Part shown: positions 28,290-45,299 of the stretch, piece after piece | Numbering within the stretch: position 1 is the first letter of the stretch | Layout: each line of letters opens with the position of its first letter | Assembly: GCA_964016885.1 (NCBI GenBank) | Contig: OZ024743.1 | Location: forward strand, 249,240,001 to 249,304,000 | DNA: 64,000 nt | Direction of reading: 5' to 3' | Source: Eledone cirrhosa | Lineage: Eukaryota | The notes under the pieces: model-generated | Databases searched by the model: none | Told to the model about the DNA's origin: nothing | What the model saw: the letters and a program-made list of their open reading frames with translations, nothing else | Position numbers and translations under genes: made by a program

Positions 28290-31200
28290 TAGGCAACAGT
28301 AATATGTTATCTACATAGACAACAATAATGTGTTAACTACATAGACAACAGTAATGTGTTAACTACATAGGCAACAGTAATGTGTTAACTACATAGGCAA
28401 CAGTAATGTGTTAACTACAAAGGGAACAGTAAAGTGTTGACTACATAGGCAACAGTAATATGTTACCTACATAGACAACAGTAATGTGTTAAGTACATAG
28501 ACAACAGTAATGTGTTAAGTACAGAGACAACAGTAATGTGTTAAGTACATAGACAACAGTAATATGTTAACTATATAGACAACAGTAATGTGTTAACTAC
28601 AAAGGCAACAGTAATATGTTAACTACATAGACAACAGTAATGTGTTAACTACATAGGCAACAGTAATATGTTAAATACATAGACAACTGTAATGTGTTAA
28701 CTACATAGACAACAGTAATGTGTGAACTGCATAGACAACAGTAAAGTGTTAACGACATAGACAACAGTAATGTGTTAACTATATAGGCAACAGTGATATG
28801 TTAACTACATAGGCAACAGTGATATGTTAACTACATAGACAACAGTAATGTGTTAACTACATAGACAACTGTAATATGTTAACTACATAGACAACAGTAA
28901 TATGTTAACTACATAGGCAACAGTAATGTGATGTCTATATAGGCATAGGTAATGTGTTAACTACATAGACAACAGTAACATGTTAACTACATAGGCAACA
29001 GTAATGTGTTAACTACATAGGCAACAGTAAAGTGTTAACTACATAGGAAACAGCAATGTGTTAACTACATAGGCAACAGTAATGTGTTATCTACATAGGC
29101 TACAGTAATGTGTTAACTACATAGGCAACAGTAATGTGTTAACTACATAGAAAATAGTAATGTGTTAACTACATAGGCAACAGTAAAGTGTAAATACATA
29201 GACAACAGTAAAGTGTTAACTACATAGACAATAGTAATGTGTTTACTACATAGGCAACAGTAACGTGTTAAATACATAGACAACAGTAATGTGTTAACTA
29301 CATAGGCAACAGTAATGTGTTAACTACATAGGCAACAGTAAAGTGTTAAGTACATAGACAACAGTAATGTGTTAAATACATAGGCAACGATAATGTGTTA
29401 ACTACATAGGCAACAGTAATGTGTTAACTACATAGACAACAGTAATGTGTTAACTACATAGACAACAGTAATGTGTTAACTACATAGACAACAGTAAAGT
29501 GTTAACTACATAGACAACATTAATGTGTTAATTACATAGGCAACAGTAATGTGTTAACTACATAGACAACAGTAATGTGTTAACTACATAGGCAACAGTA
29601 TTGTGTGAAATACATAGACAACATAATATGTTAACTACATAGGCAACAGTAATGTGTTAACTACATAGACAACATAATATGTTAACTACATAGACAATAG
29701 TAATGTGTTAACTACATAGACAATAGTAACGTGTTAACTACATAGACAACAGTAACGTGTTAACTACATAGGCAACAGTAATGTGTTAACTACATAGACA
29801 ACAGTAATATGTTAACTACATAGGCAACAGTAATGTGTTAACTACATAGGCAACAGTAAAGTGTTAACTACATAGGCAACAGTAAAGTGTTAACTACATA
29901 GACAACAGTAATATGTTAACTACATAGACAACAGTAATGTGTTAACTACATAGACAACAGTAACGTGTTAACTACATAGGCAACAGTAATGTGTTAACTA
30001 CATAGGCAACAGTAAAGTGTTGACTACATAGGCAACAGTAATATGTTAACTACATAGACAACAGTAATATGTTACCTACATAGACAACAGTAATGTGTTA
30101 AGTACATAGACAACAGTAATGTGTTAAGTACATAGACAACAGTAATGTGTTAAGTACATAGACAACAGTAATATGTTAACTATATAGACAACAGTAATGT
30201 GTTAACTACAAAGGCAACAGTAATGTGTTAACTATATAGACAACAGTAAAGTGTTAACTACATAGACAACAGTAATGTGTTAACTACATAGAAAACAGTA
30301 AAGTGTTAACTACATAGACAACAGTAATGTGTTAACTACATAGGCAACAGCAATATGTTAACTACATAGACAACAGTAAAGTGTTAACTACATAGGCAAC
30401 AGTAAAGTGTTAACTACATAGACAACAATAATGTGTTAACTACATAGACAACAGTAATGTGTTAACTACATACACAACAGTAATATGTTAACTACATAGA
30501 CAACAGTAATATGTTAACTACATAGGCAACAGTAATGTGATGTCTATATAGGCATAAGTAATGTGTTAACTACATAGACAACAGTAACATGTTAACTACA
30601 TAGGCAACAGTAATGTGTTAACTACATAGGCAACAGTAAAGTGTTAACTACATAGGAAACAGTAATGTGTTAACTACATAGGCAACAGTAATGTGTTATC
30701 TATATAGGCTACAGTAATGTGTTAACTACATAGACAACAGTAATGTGTTAACTACATAGACAATAGTAATGTGTTAACTACATAGGCAACAGTAACGTGT
30801 TAACTACATAGACAACAGTAAAGTGTTAACTACATAGACAATAGTAATGTGTTAACTACATAGGCAACAGTAATGTTTTAAATACATAGACAACAGAAAT
30901 GTGTTAACTACATAGGCAACAGTAATGTGTTAACTACATAGGCAACAGTAAAGTGTTAACTACAGAGACAACAGTTAAGTGTTAACTACATAGACAACAG
31001 TAATGTGTTAAATACATAGGCAACGGTAATGTGTTAACTACATAGGCAACAGTAATGTGTTAACTACATAGGCAACAGTAATGTGTTAACTACATAGACA
31101 ACAGTAATGTGTTAACTACATAGACAACAGTAACGTGTTAACTACATAGACAACAGTGAAGTGTTAACTACATAGACAACAGTAATGTGTTAATTACATA

Positions 31201-34200
31201 GGCAACAGTAATGTGTTAACAACATAGACAACAGTAATGTGTTAACTACATAGGCAACAGTATTGTGTGAAATACATAGACAACATAATATGTTAACTAC
31301 ATAGGCAACAGTAATGTGTTAACTACATAGACAACATAATATGTTAACTACATAGACAATAGTAATGTGTTAACTACATAGACAATAGTAACGTGTTAAC
31401 TACTTAGGCAACAGTAATGTGTTAACTACATAGACAACAGTAATATGTTAACTACATAGGCAACAGTAATGTGTTAACTACATAGGCAACAGTAAAGTGT
31501 TAACTACATAGGCAACAGTAAAGTGTTAACTACATAGACAATAGTAATGTGTTAACTACATAGGCAACAGTAAAGTGTTAACTACATAGACAACAGTAAA
31601 GTGTTAACTACATAGGCAACAGTAATGTTTTAAATACATAGACAACAGAAATGTGTTAACTACATAGACAACAATAATGTGTTAACTACATAGACAACAG
31701 TAATGTGTTAACTACATACACAACAGTAATATGTTAACTACATAGACAACAGTAATATGTTAACTACATAGGCAACAGTAATGTGATGTCTATATAGGCA
31801 TAAGTAATGTGTTAACTACATAGACAACAGTAACATGTTAACTACATAGGCAACAGTAATGTGTTAACTACATAGGCAACAGTAAAGTGTTAACTACATA
31901 GGAAACAGTAATGTGTTAACTACATAGGCAACAGTAATGTGTTATCTATATAGGCTACAGTAATGTGTTAACTACATAGGCAACAGTAATGTGTTAACTA
32001 CATAGACAATAGTAATGTGTTAACTACATAGGCAACAGTAAAGTGTTAACTACATAGACAACAGTAAAGTGTTAACTACATAGACAATAGTAATGTGTTA
32101 ACTACATAGGCAACAGTAATGTTTTAAATACATAGACAACAGAAATGTGTTAACTACATAGGCAACAGTAATGTGTTAACTACATAGGCAACAGTAAAGT
32201 GTTAACTACAGAGACAACAGTAAAGTGTTAACTACATAGACAACAGTAATGTGTTAAATACATAGGCAACGGTAATGTGTTAACTACATAGGCAACAGTA
32301 ATGTGTTAACTACATAGGCAACAATAATGTGTTAACTACATAGACAACAGTAATGTGTTAACTACATAGACAACAGTAACGTGTTAACTACATAGACAAC
32401 AGTGAAGTGTTAACTACATAGACAACAGTAATGTGTTAATTACATAGACAACAGTAATGTGTTAACAACATAGACAACAGTAATGTGTTAACTACATAGG
32501 CAACAGTATTGTGTGAAATACATAGACAACATAATATGTTAACTACATAGGCAACAGTAATGTGTTAACTACATAGACAACATAATATGTTAACTACATA
32601 GACAATAGTAATGTGTTAACTACATAGACAATAGTAACGTGTTAACTACTTAGGCAACAGTAATGTGTTAACTACATAGACAACAGTAATATGTTAACTA
32701 CATAGGCAACAGTAATGTGTTAACTACATAGGCAACAGTAAAGTGTTAACTACATAGGCAACAGTAAAGTGTTAACTACATAGACAATAGTAATGTGTTA
32801 ACTACATAGGCAACAGTAAAGTGTTAACTACATAGACAACAGTAAAGTGTTAACTACATAGACAATAGTAATGTGTTAACTACATAGGCAACAGTAATGT
32901 TTTAAATACATAGACAACAGAAATGTGTTAACTACATAGGCAACAGTAATGTGTTATCTATATAGGTTACAGTAATGTGTTAACTACATAGGCAACAGTA
33001 ATGTGTTAACTACATAGACAATAGTAATGTGTTACCTACATAGGCAACAGTAAAGTGTTAACTACATAGACAACAGTAAAGTGTTAACTACATAGACAAT
33101 AGTAATGTGTTAACTACATAGGCAACAGTAATGTTTTAAATACATAGACAACAGAAATGTGTTAACTACATAGGCAACAGTAATGTGTTAACTACATAGG
33201 CAACAGTAAAGTGTTAACTACAGAGACAACAGTAAAGTGTTAACTACATAGACAACAGTAATGTGTTAAATACATAGGCAACGGTAATGTGTTAACTACA
33301 TAGGCAACAGTAATGTGTTAACTACATAGGCAACAGTAATGTGTTAACTACATAGACAACAGTAATGTGTTAACTACATAGACAACAGTAATGTGTTAAC
33401 TACATAGACAACAGTGAAGTGTTAACTACATAGACAACAGTAATGTGTTAATTACATAGGCAACAGTAATGTGTTAACTACATAGACAACAGTAATGTGT
33501 TAACTACATAGGCAACAGTATTGTGTGAAATACATAGACAACATAATATGTTAACTACATAGGCAACAGTAATGTGTTAACTACATAGACAACATAATAT
33601 GTTAACTACATAGACAATAGTAATGTGTTAACTACATAGACAATAGTAACGTGTTAACTACTTAGGCAACAGTAATGTGTTAACTACATAGACAACAGTA
33701 ATATGTTAACTACATAGGCAACAGTAATGTGTTAACTACATAGGCAACAGTAAAGTGTTAACTACATAGGCAACAGTAAAGTGTTAACTACATAGGCAAC
33801 AGTAAAGTGTTAACTACATAGACAACAATAATGTGTTAACTACATAGACAACAGTAATGTGTTAACTACATACACAACAGTAATATGTTAACTACATAGA
33901 CAACAGTAATATGTTACCTACATAGGCAACAGTAATGTGATGTCTATATAGGCATAAGTAATGTGTTAACTACATAGACAACAGTAACATGTTAACTACA
34001 TAGGCATCAGTAATGTGTTAACTACATAGGCAACAGTAAAGTGTTAACTACATAGGAAACAGTAATGTGTTAACTACATAGACAACAGTAATGTGTTATC
34101 TATATAGGCTACAGTAATGTGTTAACTACATAGGCAACAGTAATGTGTTAACTACATAGACAATAGTAATGTGTTAACTACATAGGCAACAGTAAAGTGT

Positions 34201-37200
34201 TAACTACATAGACAACAGTAAAGTGTTAACTACATAGACAATAGTAATGTGTTAACTACATAGGCAACAGTAATGTTTTAAATACATAGACAACAGAAAT
34301 GTGTTAACTACATAGGCAACAGTAATGTGTTAACTACATAGGCAACAGTAAAGTGTTAACTACAGAGACAACAGTAAAGTGTTAACTACATAGACAACAG
34401 TAATGTGTTAAATACATAGGCAACGGTAATGTGTTAACTACATAGGCAACAGTAATGTGTTAACTACATAGGCAACAGTAATGTGTTAACTACATAGACA
34501 ACAGTAATGTGTTAACTACATAGACAACAGTGAAGTGTTAACTACATAGACAACAGTAATGTGTTAATTACATAGGCAACAGTAATGTGTTAACTACATA
34601 GACAACTGTAATGTGTTAACTACATAGGCCACAGTATTGTGTGAAATACATAGACAACATAATATGTTAACTACATAGGCAACAGTAATGTGTTAACTAC
34701 ATAGACAACATAATATGTTAACTACATAGACAATAGTAATGTGTTAACTACATAGACAATAGTAACGTGTTAACTACTTAGGCAACAGTAATGTGTTAAC
34801 TACATAGACAACAGTAATATGTTAACTGCATAGGCAACAGTAATGTGTTAACTACATAGGCAACAGTAAAGTGTTAACTACATAGGCAACAGTAAAGTGT
34901 TAACTACATAGACAACAGTAATATGTTAACTACATAGGCAACAGTAATATGTTATCTACATAGACAACAATAATGTGTTAACTACATAGACAACAGTAAT
35001 GTGTTAACTACATAGGCAACAGTAATGTGTTAACTACATAGGCAACAGTAATGTGTTAACTACATAGGGAACAGTAAAGTGTTGACTACATAGGCAACAG
35101 TAATATGTTACCTACATAGACAACAGTAATGTGTTAAGTACATAGACAACGGTAATGTGTTAAGTACAGAGACAACAGTAATGTGTTAAGTACATAGACA
35201 ACAGTAATATGTTAACTATATAGACAACAGTAATGTGTTAACTACAAAGGCAACAGTAATATGTTAACTACATAGACAACAGTAATGTGTTAACTACATA
35301 GGCAACAGTAATATGTTAACTACATAGACAACAGTAATATGTTAACTACATAGGCAACAATAATGTGTTAACTATATGGACAACAGTAATGTGTTAACTA
35401 CATAGACAACAGTAATGTGTTAACTACATAGGCAACAGTAATATGTTAAATACATAGACAACTGTAATGTGTTAACTACATAGACAACAGTAATGTGTGA
35501 ACTACATAGACAACAGTAAAGTGTTAACGACATAGACAACAGTAATGTCTTAACTATATAGGCAACAGTGATATGTTAACTACATAGGCAACAGTGATAT
35601 GTTAACTACATAGACAACAGTAATGTGTTAACTACATAGACAACTGTAATATGTTAACTACATACACAACAGTAATATGTTAACTACATAGACAACAGTA
35701 ATATGTTAACTACATAGGCAACAGTAATGTGATGTCTATATAGGCATAGGTAATGTGTTAACTACATAGACAACAGTAACATGTTAACTACATAGGCAAC
35801 AGTAATGTGTTAACTACATAGGCAACAGTAAAGTGTTAACTACATAGGAAACAGTAATGTGTTAACTACATAGGCAACAGTAATGTGTTATCTACATAGG
35901 CTACAGTAATGTGTTAACTACATAGGCAACAGTAATGTGTTAACTACATAGACAATAGTAATGTGTTAACTACATAGGCAACAGTAAAGTGTAAATACAT
36001 AGACAACAGTAAAGTGTTAACTACATAGACAATAGTAATGTGTTTACTACATAGGCAACAGTAACGTGTTAAATACATAGACAACAGTAATGTGTTAACT
36101 ACATAGGCAACAGTAATGTGTTAACTACATAGGCAACAGTAAAGTGTTAAGTACATAGACAACAGTAATGTGTTAAATACATAGGCAACGATAATGTGTT
36201 AACTACATAGGCAACAGTAATGTGTTAACTACATAGGCAACAGTAATGTGTTAACTACATAGACAACAGTAATGTGTTAACTACATAGACAACAGTAATG
36301 TGTTAACTACATAGACAACAGTAAAGTGTTAACTACATAGACAACATTAATGTGTTAATTACATAGGCAACAGTAATGTGTTAACTACATAGACAACAGT
36401 AATGTGTTAATTACATAGGCAACAGTATTGTGTGAAATACATAGACAACATAATATGTTAACTACATAGGCAACAGTAATGTGTTAACTACATAGACAAC
36501 ATAATATGTTAACTACATAGACAATAGTAATGTGTTAACTACATAGACAATAGTAACGTGTTAACTACATAGACAACAGTAACGTGTTAACTACATAGGC
36601 AACAGTAATGTGTTAACTACATAGACAACAGTAATATGTTAACTACATAGGCAACAGTAATGTGTTAACTACATAGGCAACAGTAAAGTGTTAACTACAT
36701 AGGCAACAGTAAAGTGTTAACTACATAGACAACAGTAATATGTTAACTACATAGACAACAGTAATGTGTTAACTACATAGACAACAGTAACGTGTTAACT
36801 ACATAGGCAACAGTAATGTGTTAACTACATAGGCAACAGTAAAGTGTTAACTACATAGACAACAATAATGTGTTAACTACATAGACAACAGTAATGTGTT
36901 AACTACATACACAACAGTAATATGTTAACTACATAGACAACAGTAATATGTTAACTACATAGGCAACAGTAATGTGATGTCTATATAGGCATAAGTAATG
37001 TGTTAACTACATAGACAACAGTAACATGTTAACTACATAGGCAACAGTAATGTGTTAACTACATAGGCAACAGTAAAGTGTTAACTACATAGGAAACAGT
37101 AATGTGTTAACTACATAGGCAACAGTAATGTGTTATCTATATAGGCTACAGTAATGTGTTAACTACATAGGCAACAGTAATGTGTTAACTACATAGACAA

Positions 37201-40200
37201 TAGTAATGTGTTAACTACATAGGCAACAGTAAAGTGTTAACTACATAGACAACAGTAAAGTGTTAACTACATAGACAATAGTAATGTGTTAACTACATAG
37301 GCAACAGTAATGTGTTAAATACATAGGCAACGGTAATGTGTTAACTACATAGGCAACAGTAATGTGTTAACTACATAGGCAACAGTAATGTGTTAACTAC
37401 ATAGACAACAGTAATGTGTTAACTACATAGACAACAGTGACGTGTTAACTACATAGACAACAGTGAAGTGTTAACTACATAGACAACAGTAATGTGTTAA
37501 TTACATAGGCAACAGTAATGTGTTAACAACATAGACAACAGTAATGTGTTAACTACATAGGCAACAGTATTGTGTGAAATACATAGACAACATAATATGT
37601 TAACTAAATAGGCAACAGTAATGTGTTAACTACATAGAAAACATAATATGTTAACTACATAGACAATAGTAATGTGTTAACTACATAGACAATAGTAACG
37701 TGTTAACTACTTAGGCAACAGTAATGTGTTAACTACATAGACAACAGTAATATGTTAACTACATAGGCAACAGTAATGTGTTAACTACATAGGCAACAGT
37801 AAAGTGTTAACTACATAGGCAACAGTAAAGTGTTAACTACATAGACAATAGTAATGTGTTAACTACATAGGCAACAGTAAAGTGTTAACTACATAGACAA
37901 CAGTAAAGTGTTAACTACATAGACAATAGTAATGTGTTAACTACATAGGCAACAGTAATGTTTTAAATACATAGACAACAGAAATGTGTTAACTACATAG
38001 GCAACAGTAATGTGTTATCTATATAGGTTACAGTAATGTGTTAACTACATAGGCAACAGTAATGTGTTAACTACATAGACAACAGTAAAGTGTTAACTAC
38101 ATAGACAACAGTAAAGTGTTAACTACATAGACAATAGTAATGTGTTAACTACATAGGCAACAGTAATGTTTTAAATACATAGACAACAGAAATGTGTTAA
38201 CTACATAGGCAACAGTAATGTGTTAACTACATAGGCAACAGTAAAGTGTTAACTACAGAGACAACAGTAAAGTGTTAACTACATAGACAACAGTAATGTG
38301 TTAAATACATAGGCAACGGTAATGTGTTAACTACATAGGCAACAGTAATGTGTTAACTACATAGGCAACAGTAATGTGTTAACTACATAGACAACAGTAA
38401 TGTGTTAACTACATAGACAACAGTAATGTGTTAACTACATAGACAACAGTGAAGTGTTAACTACATAGACAACAGTAATGTGCTAATTACATAGGCAACA
38501 GTAATGTGTTAACTACATAGACAACAGTAATGTGTTAACTACATAGGCAACAGTATTGTGTGAAATACATAGACAACATAATATGTTAACTACATAGGCA
38601 ACAGTAATGTGTTAACTACATAGACAACATAATATGTTAACTACATAGACAATAGTAACGTGTTAACTACTTAGGCAACAGTAATGTGTTAACTACATAG
38701 ACAACAGTAATATGTTAACTACATAGGCAACAGTAATGTGTTAACGACATAGGCAACAGTAAAGTGTTAACTACATAGGCAACAGTAAAGTGTTAACTAC
38801 ATAGACAACAGTAATATGTTAACTACATAGGCAACAGTAATATGTTATCTACATAGACAACAATAATGTGTTAACTACATAGACAACAGTAATGTGTTAA
38901 CTACATAGGCAACAGTAATGTGTTAACTACATAGGCAACAGTAATGTGTTAACTACATAGGGAACAGTAAAGTGTTGACTACATAGGCAACAGTAATATG
39001 TTAACTACATAGACATCAGTAATATGTTACCTACATAGACAACAGTAATGTGTTAAGTACATAGACAACAGTAATGTGTTAAGTACAGAGACAACAGTAA
39101 TGTGTTAAGTACATAGACAACAGTAATATGTTAACTATATAGACAACAGTAATGTGTTAACTACAAAGGCAACAGTAATATGTTAACTACATAGACAACT
39201 GTAATGTGTTAACTACATAGGCAACAGTAATATGTTAACTACATAGACAACAGTAATATGTTAACTACATAGGCAACAATAATGTGTTAACTATATGGAC
39301 AACAGTAATGTGTTAACTACATAGACAACAGTAATGTGTTAACTACATAGGCAACAGTAATATGTTAAATACATAGACAACTGTAATGTGTTAACTACAT
39401 AGACAACAGTAATGTGTTAACTACATAGACAACAGTAAAGTGTTAACGACATAGACAACAGTAATGTGTTAACTATATAGGCAACAGTGATATGTTAACT
39501 ACATAGGCAACAGTGATATGTTAACTACATAGACAACAGTAATGTGTTAACTACATAGACAACTGTAATATGTTAACTACATACACAACAGTAATATGTT
39601 AACTACATAGACAACAGTAATATGTTAACTACATAGGCAACAGTAATGTGATGTCTATATAGGCATAGGTAATGTGTTAACTACATAGACAACAGTAACA
39701 TGTTAACTACATAGGCAACAGTAATGTGTTAACTACATAGGCAACAGTAAAGTGTTAACTACATAGGAAACAGTAATGTGTTAACTACATAGGCAACAGT
39801 AATGTGTTATCGACATAGGCTACAGTAATGTGTTAACTACATAGGCAACAGTAATGTGTTAACTACATAGACAATAGTAATGTGTTAACTACATAGGCAA
39901 CAGTAAAGTGTAAATACATAGACAACAGTAAAGTGTTAACTACATAGACAATAGTAATGTGTTTACTACATAGGCAACAGTAACGTGTTAAATACATAGA
40001 CAACAGTAATGTGTTAACTACATAGGCAACAGTAATGTGTTAACTACATAGGCAACAGTAAAGTGTTAAGTACATAGACAACAGTAATGTGTTAAATACA
40101 TAGGCAACGATAATGTGTTAACTACATAGGCAACAGTAATGTGTTAACTACATAGGCAACAGTAATGTGTTAACTACATAGACAACAGTAATGTGTTATC

Positions 40201-41700
40201 TACATAGACAACAGTAATGTGTTAACTACATAGACAACAGTAAAGTGTTAACTACATAGACAACATTAATGTGTTAATTACATAGGCAACAGTAATGTGT
40301 TAACTACATAGACAACAGTAATGTGTTAACTACATAGGCAACAGTATTGTGTGAAATACATAGACAACATAATATGTTAACTACATAGGCAACAGTAATG
40401 TGTTAACTACATAGACAACATAATATGTTAACTACATAGACAATAGTAATGTGTTAACTACATAGACAATAGTAACGTGTTAACTACATAGACAACAGTA
40501 ACGTGTTAACTACATAGGCAACAGTAATGTGTTAACTACATAGACAACAGTAATATGTTAACTACATAGGCAACAGTAATGTGTTAACTACATAGGCAAC
40601 AGTAAAGTGTTAACTACATAGGCAACAGTAAAGTGTTAACTACATAGACAACAGTAATATGTTAACTACATAGACAACAGTAATGTGTTAACTACATAGA
40701 CAACAGTAACGTGTTAACTACATAGGCAACAGTAATGTGTTAACTACATAGGCAACAGTAAAGTGTTAACTACATAGACAACAATAATGTGTTAACTACA
40801 TAGACAACAGTAATGTGTTAACTACATACACAACAGTAATATGTTAACTACATAGACAACAGTAATATGTTAACTACATAGGCAACAGTAATGTGATGTC
40901 TATATAGGCATAAGTAATGTGTTAACTACATAGACAACAGTAACATGTTAACTACATAGGCAACAGTAATGTGTTAACTACATAGGCAACAGTAAAGTGT
41001 TAACTACATAGGAAACAGTAATGTGTTAACTACATAGGCAACAGTAATGTGTTATCTATATAGGCTACAGTAATGTGTTAACTACATAGGCAACAGTAAT
41101 GTGTTAACTACATAGACAATAGTAATGTGTTAACTACATAGGCAACAGTAAAATGTTAACTACATAGACAACAGTAAAGTGTTAACTACATAGACAATAG
41201 TAATGTGTTAACTACATAGGCAACAGTAATGTTTTAAATACATAGACAACAGAAATGTGTTAACTACATAGGCAACAGTAATGTGTTAACTACATAGGCA
41301 ACAGTAAAGTGTTAACTACAGAGACAACAGTAAAGTGTTAACTACATAGACAACAGTAATGTGTTAAATACATAGGCAACGGTAATGTGTTAACTACATA
41401 GGCAACAGTAATGTGTTAACTACATAGGCAACAGTAATGTGTTAACTACATAGACAACAGTAATGTGTTAACTACATAGACAACAGTAACGTGTTAACTA
41501 CATAGACAACAGTGAAGTGTTAACTACATAGACAACAGTAATGTGTTAATTACATAGGCAACAGTAATGTGTTAACAACATAGACAACAGTAATGTGTTA
41601 ACTACATAGGCAACAGTATTGTGTGAAATACATAGACAACATAATATGTTAACTACATAGGCAACAGTAATGTGTTAACTACATAGACAAAATAATATGT
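28290..41700. repeat. Three dispersed copies of a block of about 1.7-1.9 kb (starting near 28.3, 34.9 and 38.8 kb); copies 2 and 3 stay collinear further, to about 37.7 and 41.7 kb
   Basis: Private markers AGGCATAGGT 28941/35742/39661 and GTTTACTAC 29241/36042/39961 (offsets 6801 and 3919); GGCAACGAT and GGGAAC variants occur in each copy. Confidence 0.85.
30420..32850. repeat. Direct tandem duplication, unit about 1246 bp (48 monomers)
   Basis: ATGTGATGTC 30535/31781 and GTTAACAACATAG 31215/32461 share the offset; the intervening variants are in the same order. Confidence 0.85.
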
Positions 41701-44700
41701 TAACTACATAGACAATAGTAATGTGTTAACTACATAGACAACAGTAATGTGTTAACTACATAGGGAACAGTAAGGTGTTGACTACATAGGCAACAGTAAT
41801 ATGTTAACTACATAGACATCAGTAATATGTTACCTACATAGACAACAGTAATGTGTTAAGTACATAGACAACAGTAATGTGTTAAGTACAGAGACAACAG
41901 TAATGTGTTAAGTACATAGACAACAGTAATATGTTAACTATATAGACAACAGTAATGTGTTAACTACAAAGGCAACAGTAATATGTTAACTACATAGACA
42001 ACAGTAATGTGTTAACTACATAGGCAACAGTAATATGTTAACTCCATAGACAACAGTAATATGTTAACTACATAGGCAACAATAATATGTTAACTATATG
42101 GACAACAGTAATGTGTTAACTACATAGACAACAGTAATGTGTTAACTACATAGGCAACAGTAATATGTTAAATACATAGACAACTGTAATGTGTTAACTA
42201 TATAGACAACAGTAATGTGTTAACTACATAGACAACAGTAAAGTGTTAACGACATAGACAACAGTAATGTGTTAACTATATATGCAACAGTGATATGTTA
42301 ACTACATAGGCAACAGTGATATGTTAACTACATAGACAACAGTAATGTGTTAACTACATAGACAACTGTAATATGTTAACTACATACACAACAGTAATAT
42401 GTTAACTACATAGACAACAGTAATATGTTAACTACATAGGCAACAGTAATGTGATGTCTATATAGGCATAAGTAATGTGTTAACTACATAGACAACAGTA
42501 ACATGTTAACTACATAGGCAACAGTAATGTGTTAACTACATAGGCAACAGTAAAGTGTTAACTACATAGGAAACAGTAATGTGTTAACTACATAGGCAAC
42601 AGTAATGTGTTATCTACATAGGCTACAGTAATGTGTTAACTACATAGGCAACAGTAATGTGTTAACTACATAGACAATAGTAATGTGTTAACTACATAGG
42701 CAACAGTAAAGTGTAAATACATACACAACAGTAAAGTGTTAACTACATAGACAATAGTAATGTGTTAACTACATAGGCAACAGTAACGTGTTAAATACAT
42801 AGACAACAGTAATGTGTTAACTACATAGGCAACAGTAATGTGTTAACTACATAGGCAACAGTAAAGTGTTAAGTACAGAGACAACAGTAAAGTGTTAACT
42901 ACATAGACAACAGTAATGTGTTAAATACATAGGCAACGGTAATGTGTTAACTACATAGGCAACAGTAATGTGTTAACTACATAGGCAACAGTAATGTGTT
43001 AACTACATAGACAACAGTAATGTGTTAACTACATAGACAACAGTAAAGTGTTAACTACATAGACAACATTAATGTGTTAATTACATAGGCAACAGTAATG
43101 TGTTAACTACATAGACAACAGTAATGTGTTAACTACATAGGCAACAGTAAAGTGTTGACTATATAGGCAACAGTAATATGTTAACTACATAGGCAACAGT
43201 AAAGTGTTGACTATATAGGCAACAGTAATATGTTAACTACATAGACAACAGTAATATGTTACCTACATAGACAACAGTAATGTGTTAAGTACATAGACAA
43301 CAGTAATGTGTTAAGTACATAGACAACAGTAATGTGTTAAGTACATAGACAACAGTAATATGTTAACTATATAGACAACAGTAATGTGTTAACTACAACG
43401 GCAACAGTAATATGTTAACTACATAGACAACAGTAATGTGTTAACTACATAGACAACAGTAACGTGTTAACTACATAGGCAACAGTAATGTGTTAACTAC
43501 ATAGACAACATAATATGTTAACTACATAGACAATAGTAATGTGTTAACTACATAGACAATAGTAACGTGTTAACTACATAGACAACAGTAACGTGTTAAC
43601 TACATAGGCAACAGTAATGTGTTAACTACATAGACAACAGTAATATGTTAACTACATAGGCAACAGTAATGTGTTAACTACATAGGCAACAGTAAAGTGT
43701 TAACTACATAGGCAACAGTAAAGTATTAACTACATAGACAACAGTAATATGTTAACTACATAGACAACAGTAATGTGTTAACTACATAGACAACAGTAAC
43801 GTGTTAACTACATAGGCAACAGTAATGTGTTAACTACATAGGCAACAGTAAAGTGTTGACTATATAGGCAACAGTAATATGTTAACTACATAGACAACAG
43901 TAATATGTTACCTACATAGACAACAGTAATGTGTTAAGTACATAGACAACAGTAATGTGTTAAGTACATAGACAACAGTAATGTGTTAAGTACATAGACA
44001 ACAGTAATATGTTAACTATATAGACAACAGTAATGTGTTAACTACAACGGCAACAGTAATATGTTAACTACATAGACAACAGTAATGTGTTAACTACATA
44101 GACAACAGTAAAGTGTTAACTACATAGACAACAGTAATGTGTTAACTACATAGGCAACAGCAATATGTTAACTACATAGACAACAGTAAAGTGTTAACTA
44201 CATAGGCAACAGTAAAGTGTTAACTACATAGGCAACAGTAAAGTGTTAACTACATAGGCAACAGTAAAGTGTTAAGTACATAGACAACAGTAATGTGTTA
44301 AGTACAGAGACAACAGTAATGTCTTAAGTACATAGACAACAGTAATATGTTAACTATATAGACAACAGTAATGTGTTAACTACAAAGGCAACAGTAATAT
44401 GTTAACTACATAGACAACAGTAATGTGTTAACTACATAGGCAACAGTAATATGTTAACTACATAGACAACAGTAATATGTTAACTACATAGGCAACACTA
44501 ATATGTTAACTATATGGACAACAGTAATGTGTTAACTACATAGACAACAGTAATGTGTTAACTATATAGGCAACAGTGATATGTTAACTACATAGGCAAC
44601 AGTGATATGTTAACTACATAGACAACAGTAATGTGTTAACTACATAGACAACTGTAATATGTTAACTACATACACAACAGTAATATGTTAACTACATAGA

Positions 44701-45299
44701 CAACAGTAATATGTTAACTACATAGGCAACAGTAATGTGATGTCTATATAGGCATAAGTAATGTGTTAACTACATAGACAACAGTAATGTGTTAACTACA
44801 TAGGCAACAGTAAAGTGTTAACTACATAGGAAACAGTAATGTGTTAACTACATAGGCGACAGTAATGTGTTATCTACATAGGCTACAGTAATGTGTTAAC
44901 TACATAGGCAACAGTAATGTGTTAACTACATAGACGATAGTAATGTGTTAACTACATAGGCAACAGTAAAGTGTAAATACATAGACAACAGTAAAGTGTT
45001 AACTACATAGACAATAGTAATGTGTTAACTACATAGGCAACAGTAACGTGTTAAATACATAGACAACAGTAATGTGTTAACTACATAGGCAACAGTAATG
45101 TGTTAACTACATAGGCAACAGTAAAGTGTTAAGTACAGAGACAACAGTAAAGTGTTAACTACATAGACAACAGTAATGTGTTAAATACATAGGCAACGGT
45201 AATGTGTTAACTACATAGGCAACAGTAATGTGTTAACTACATAGGCAACAGTAATGTGTTAACTACATAGACAACAGTAATGTGTTAACTACATAGACA

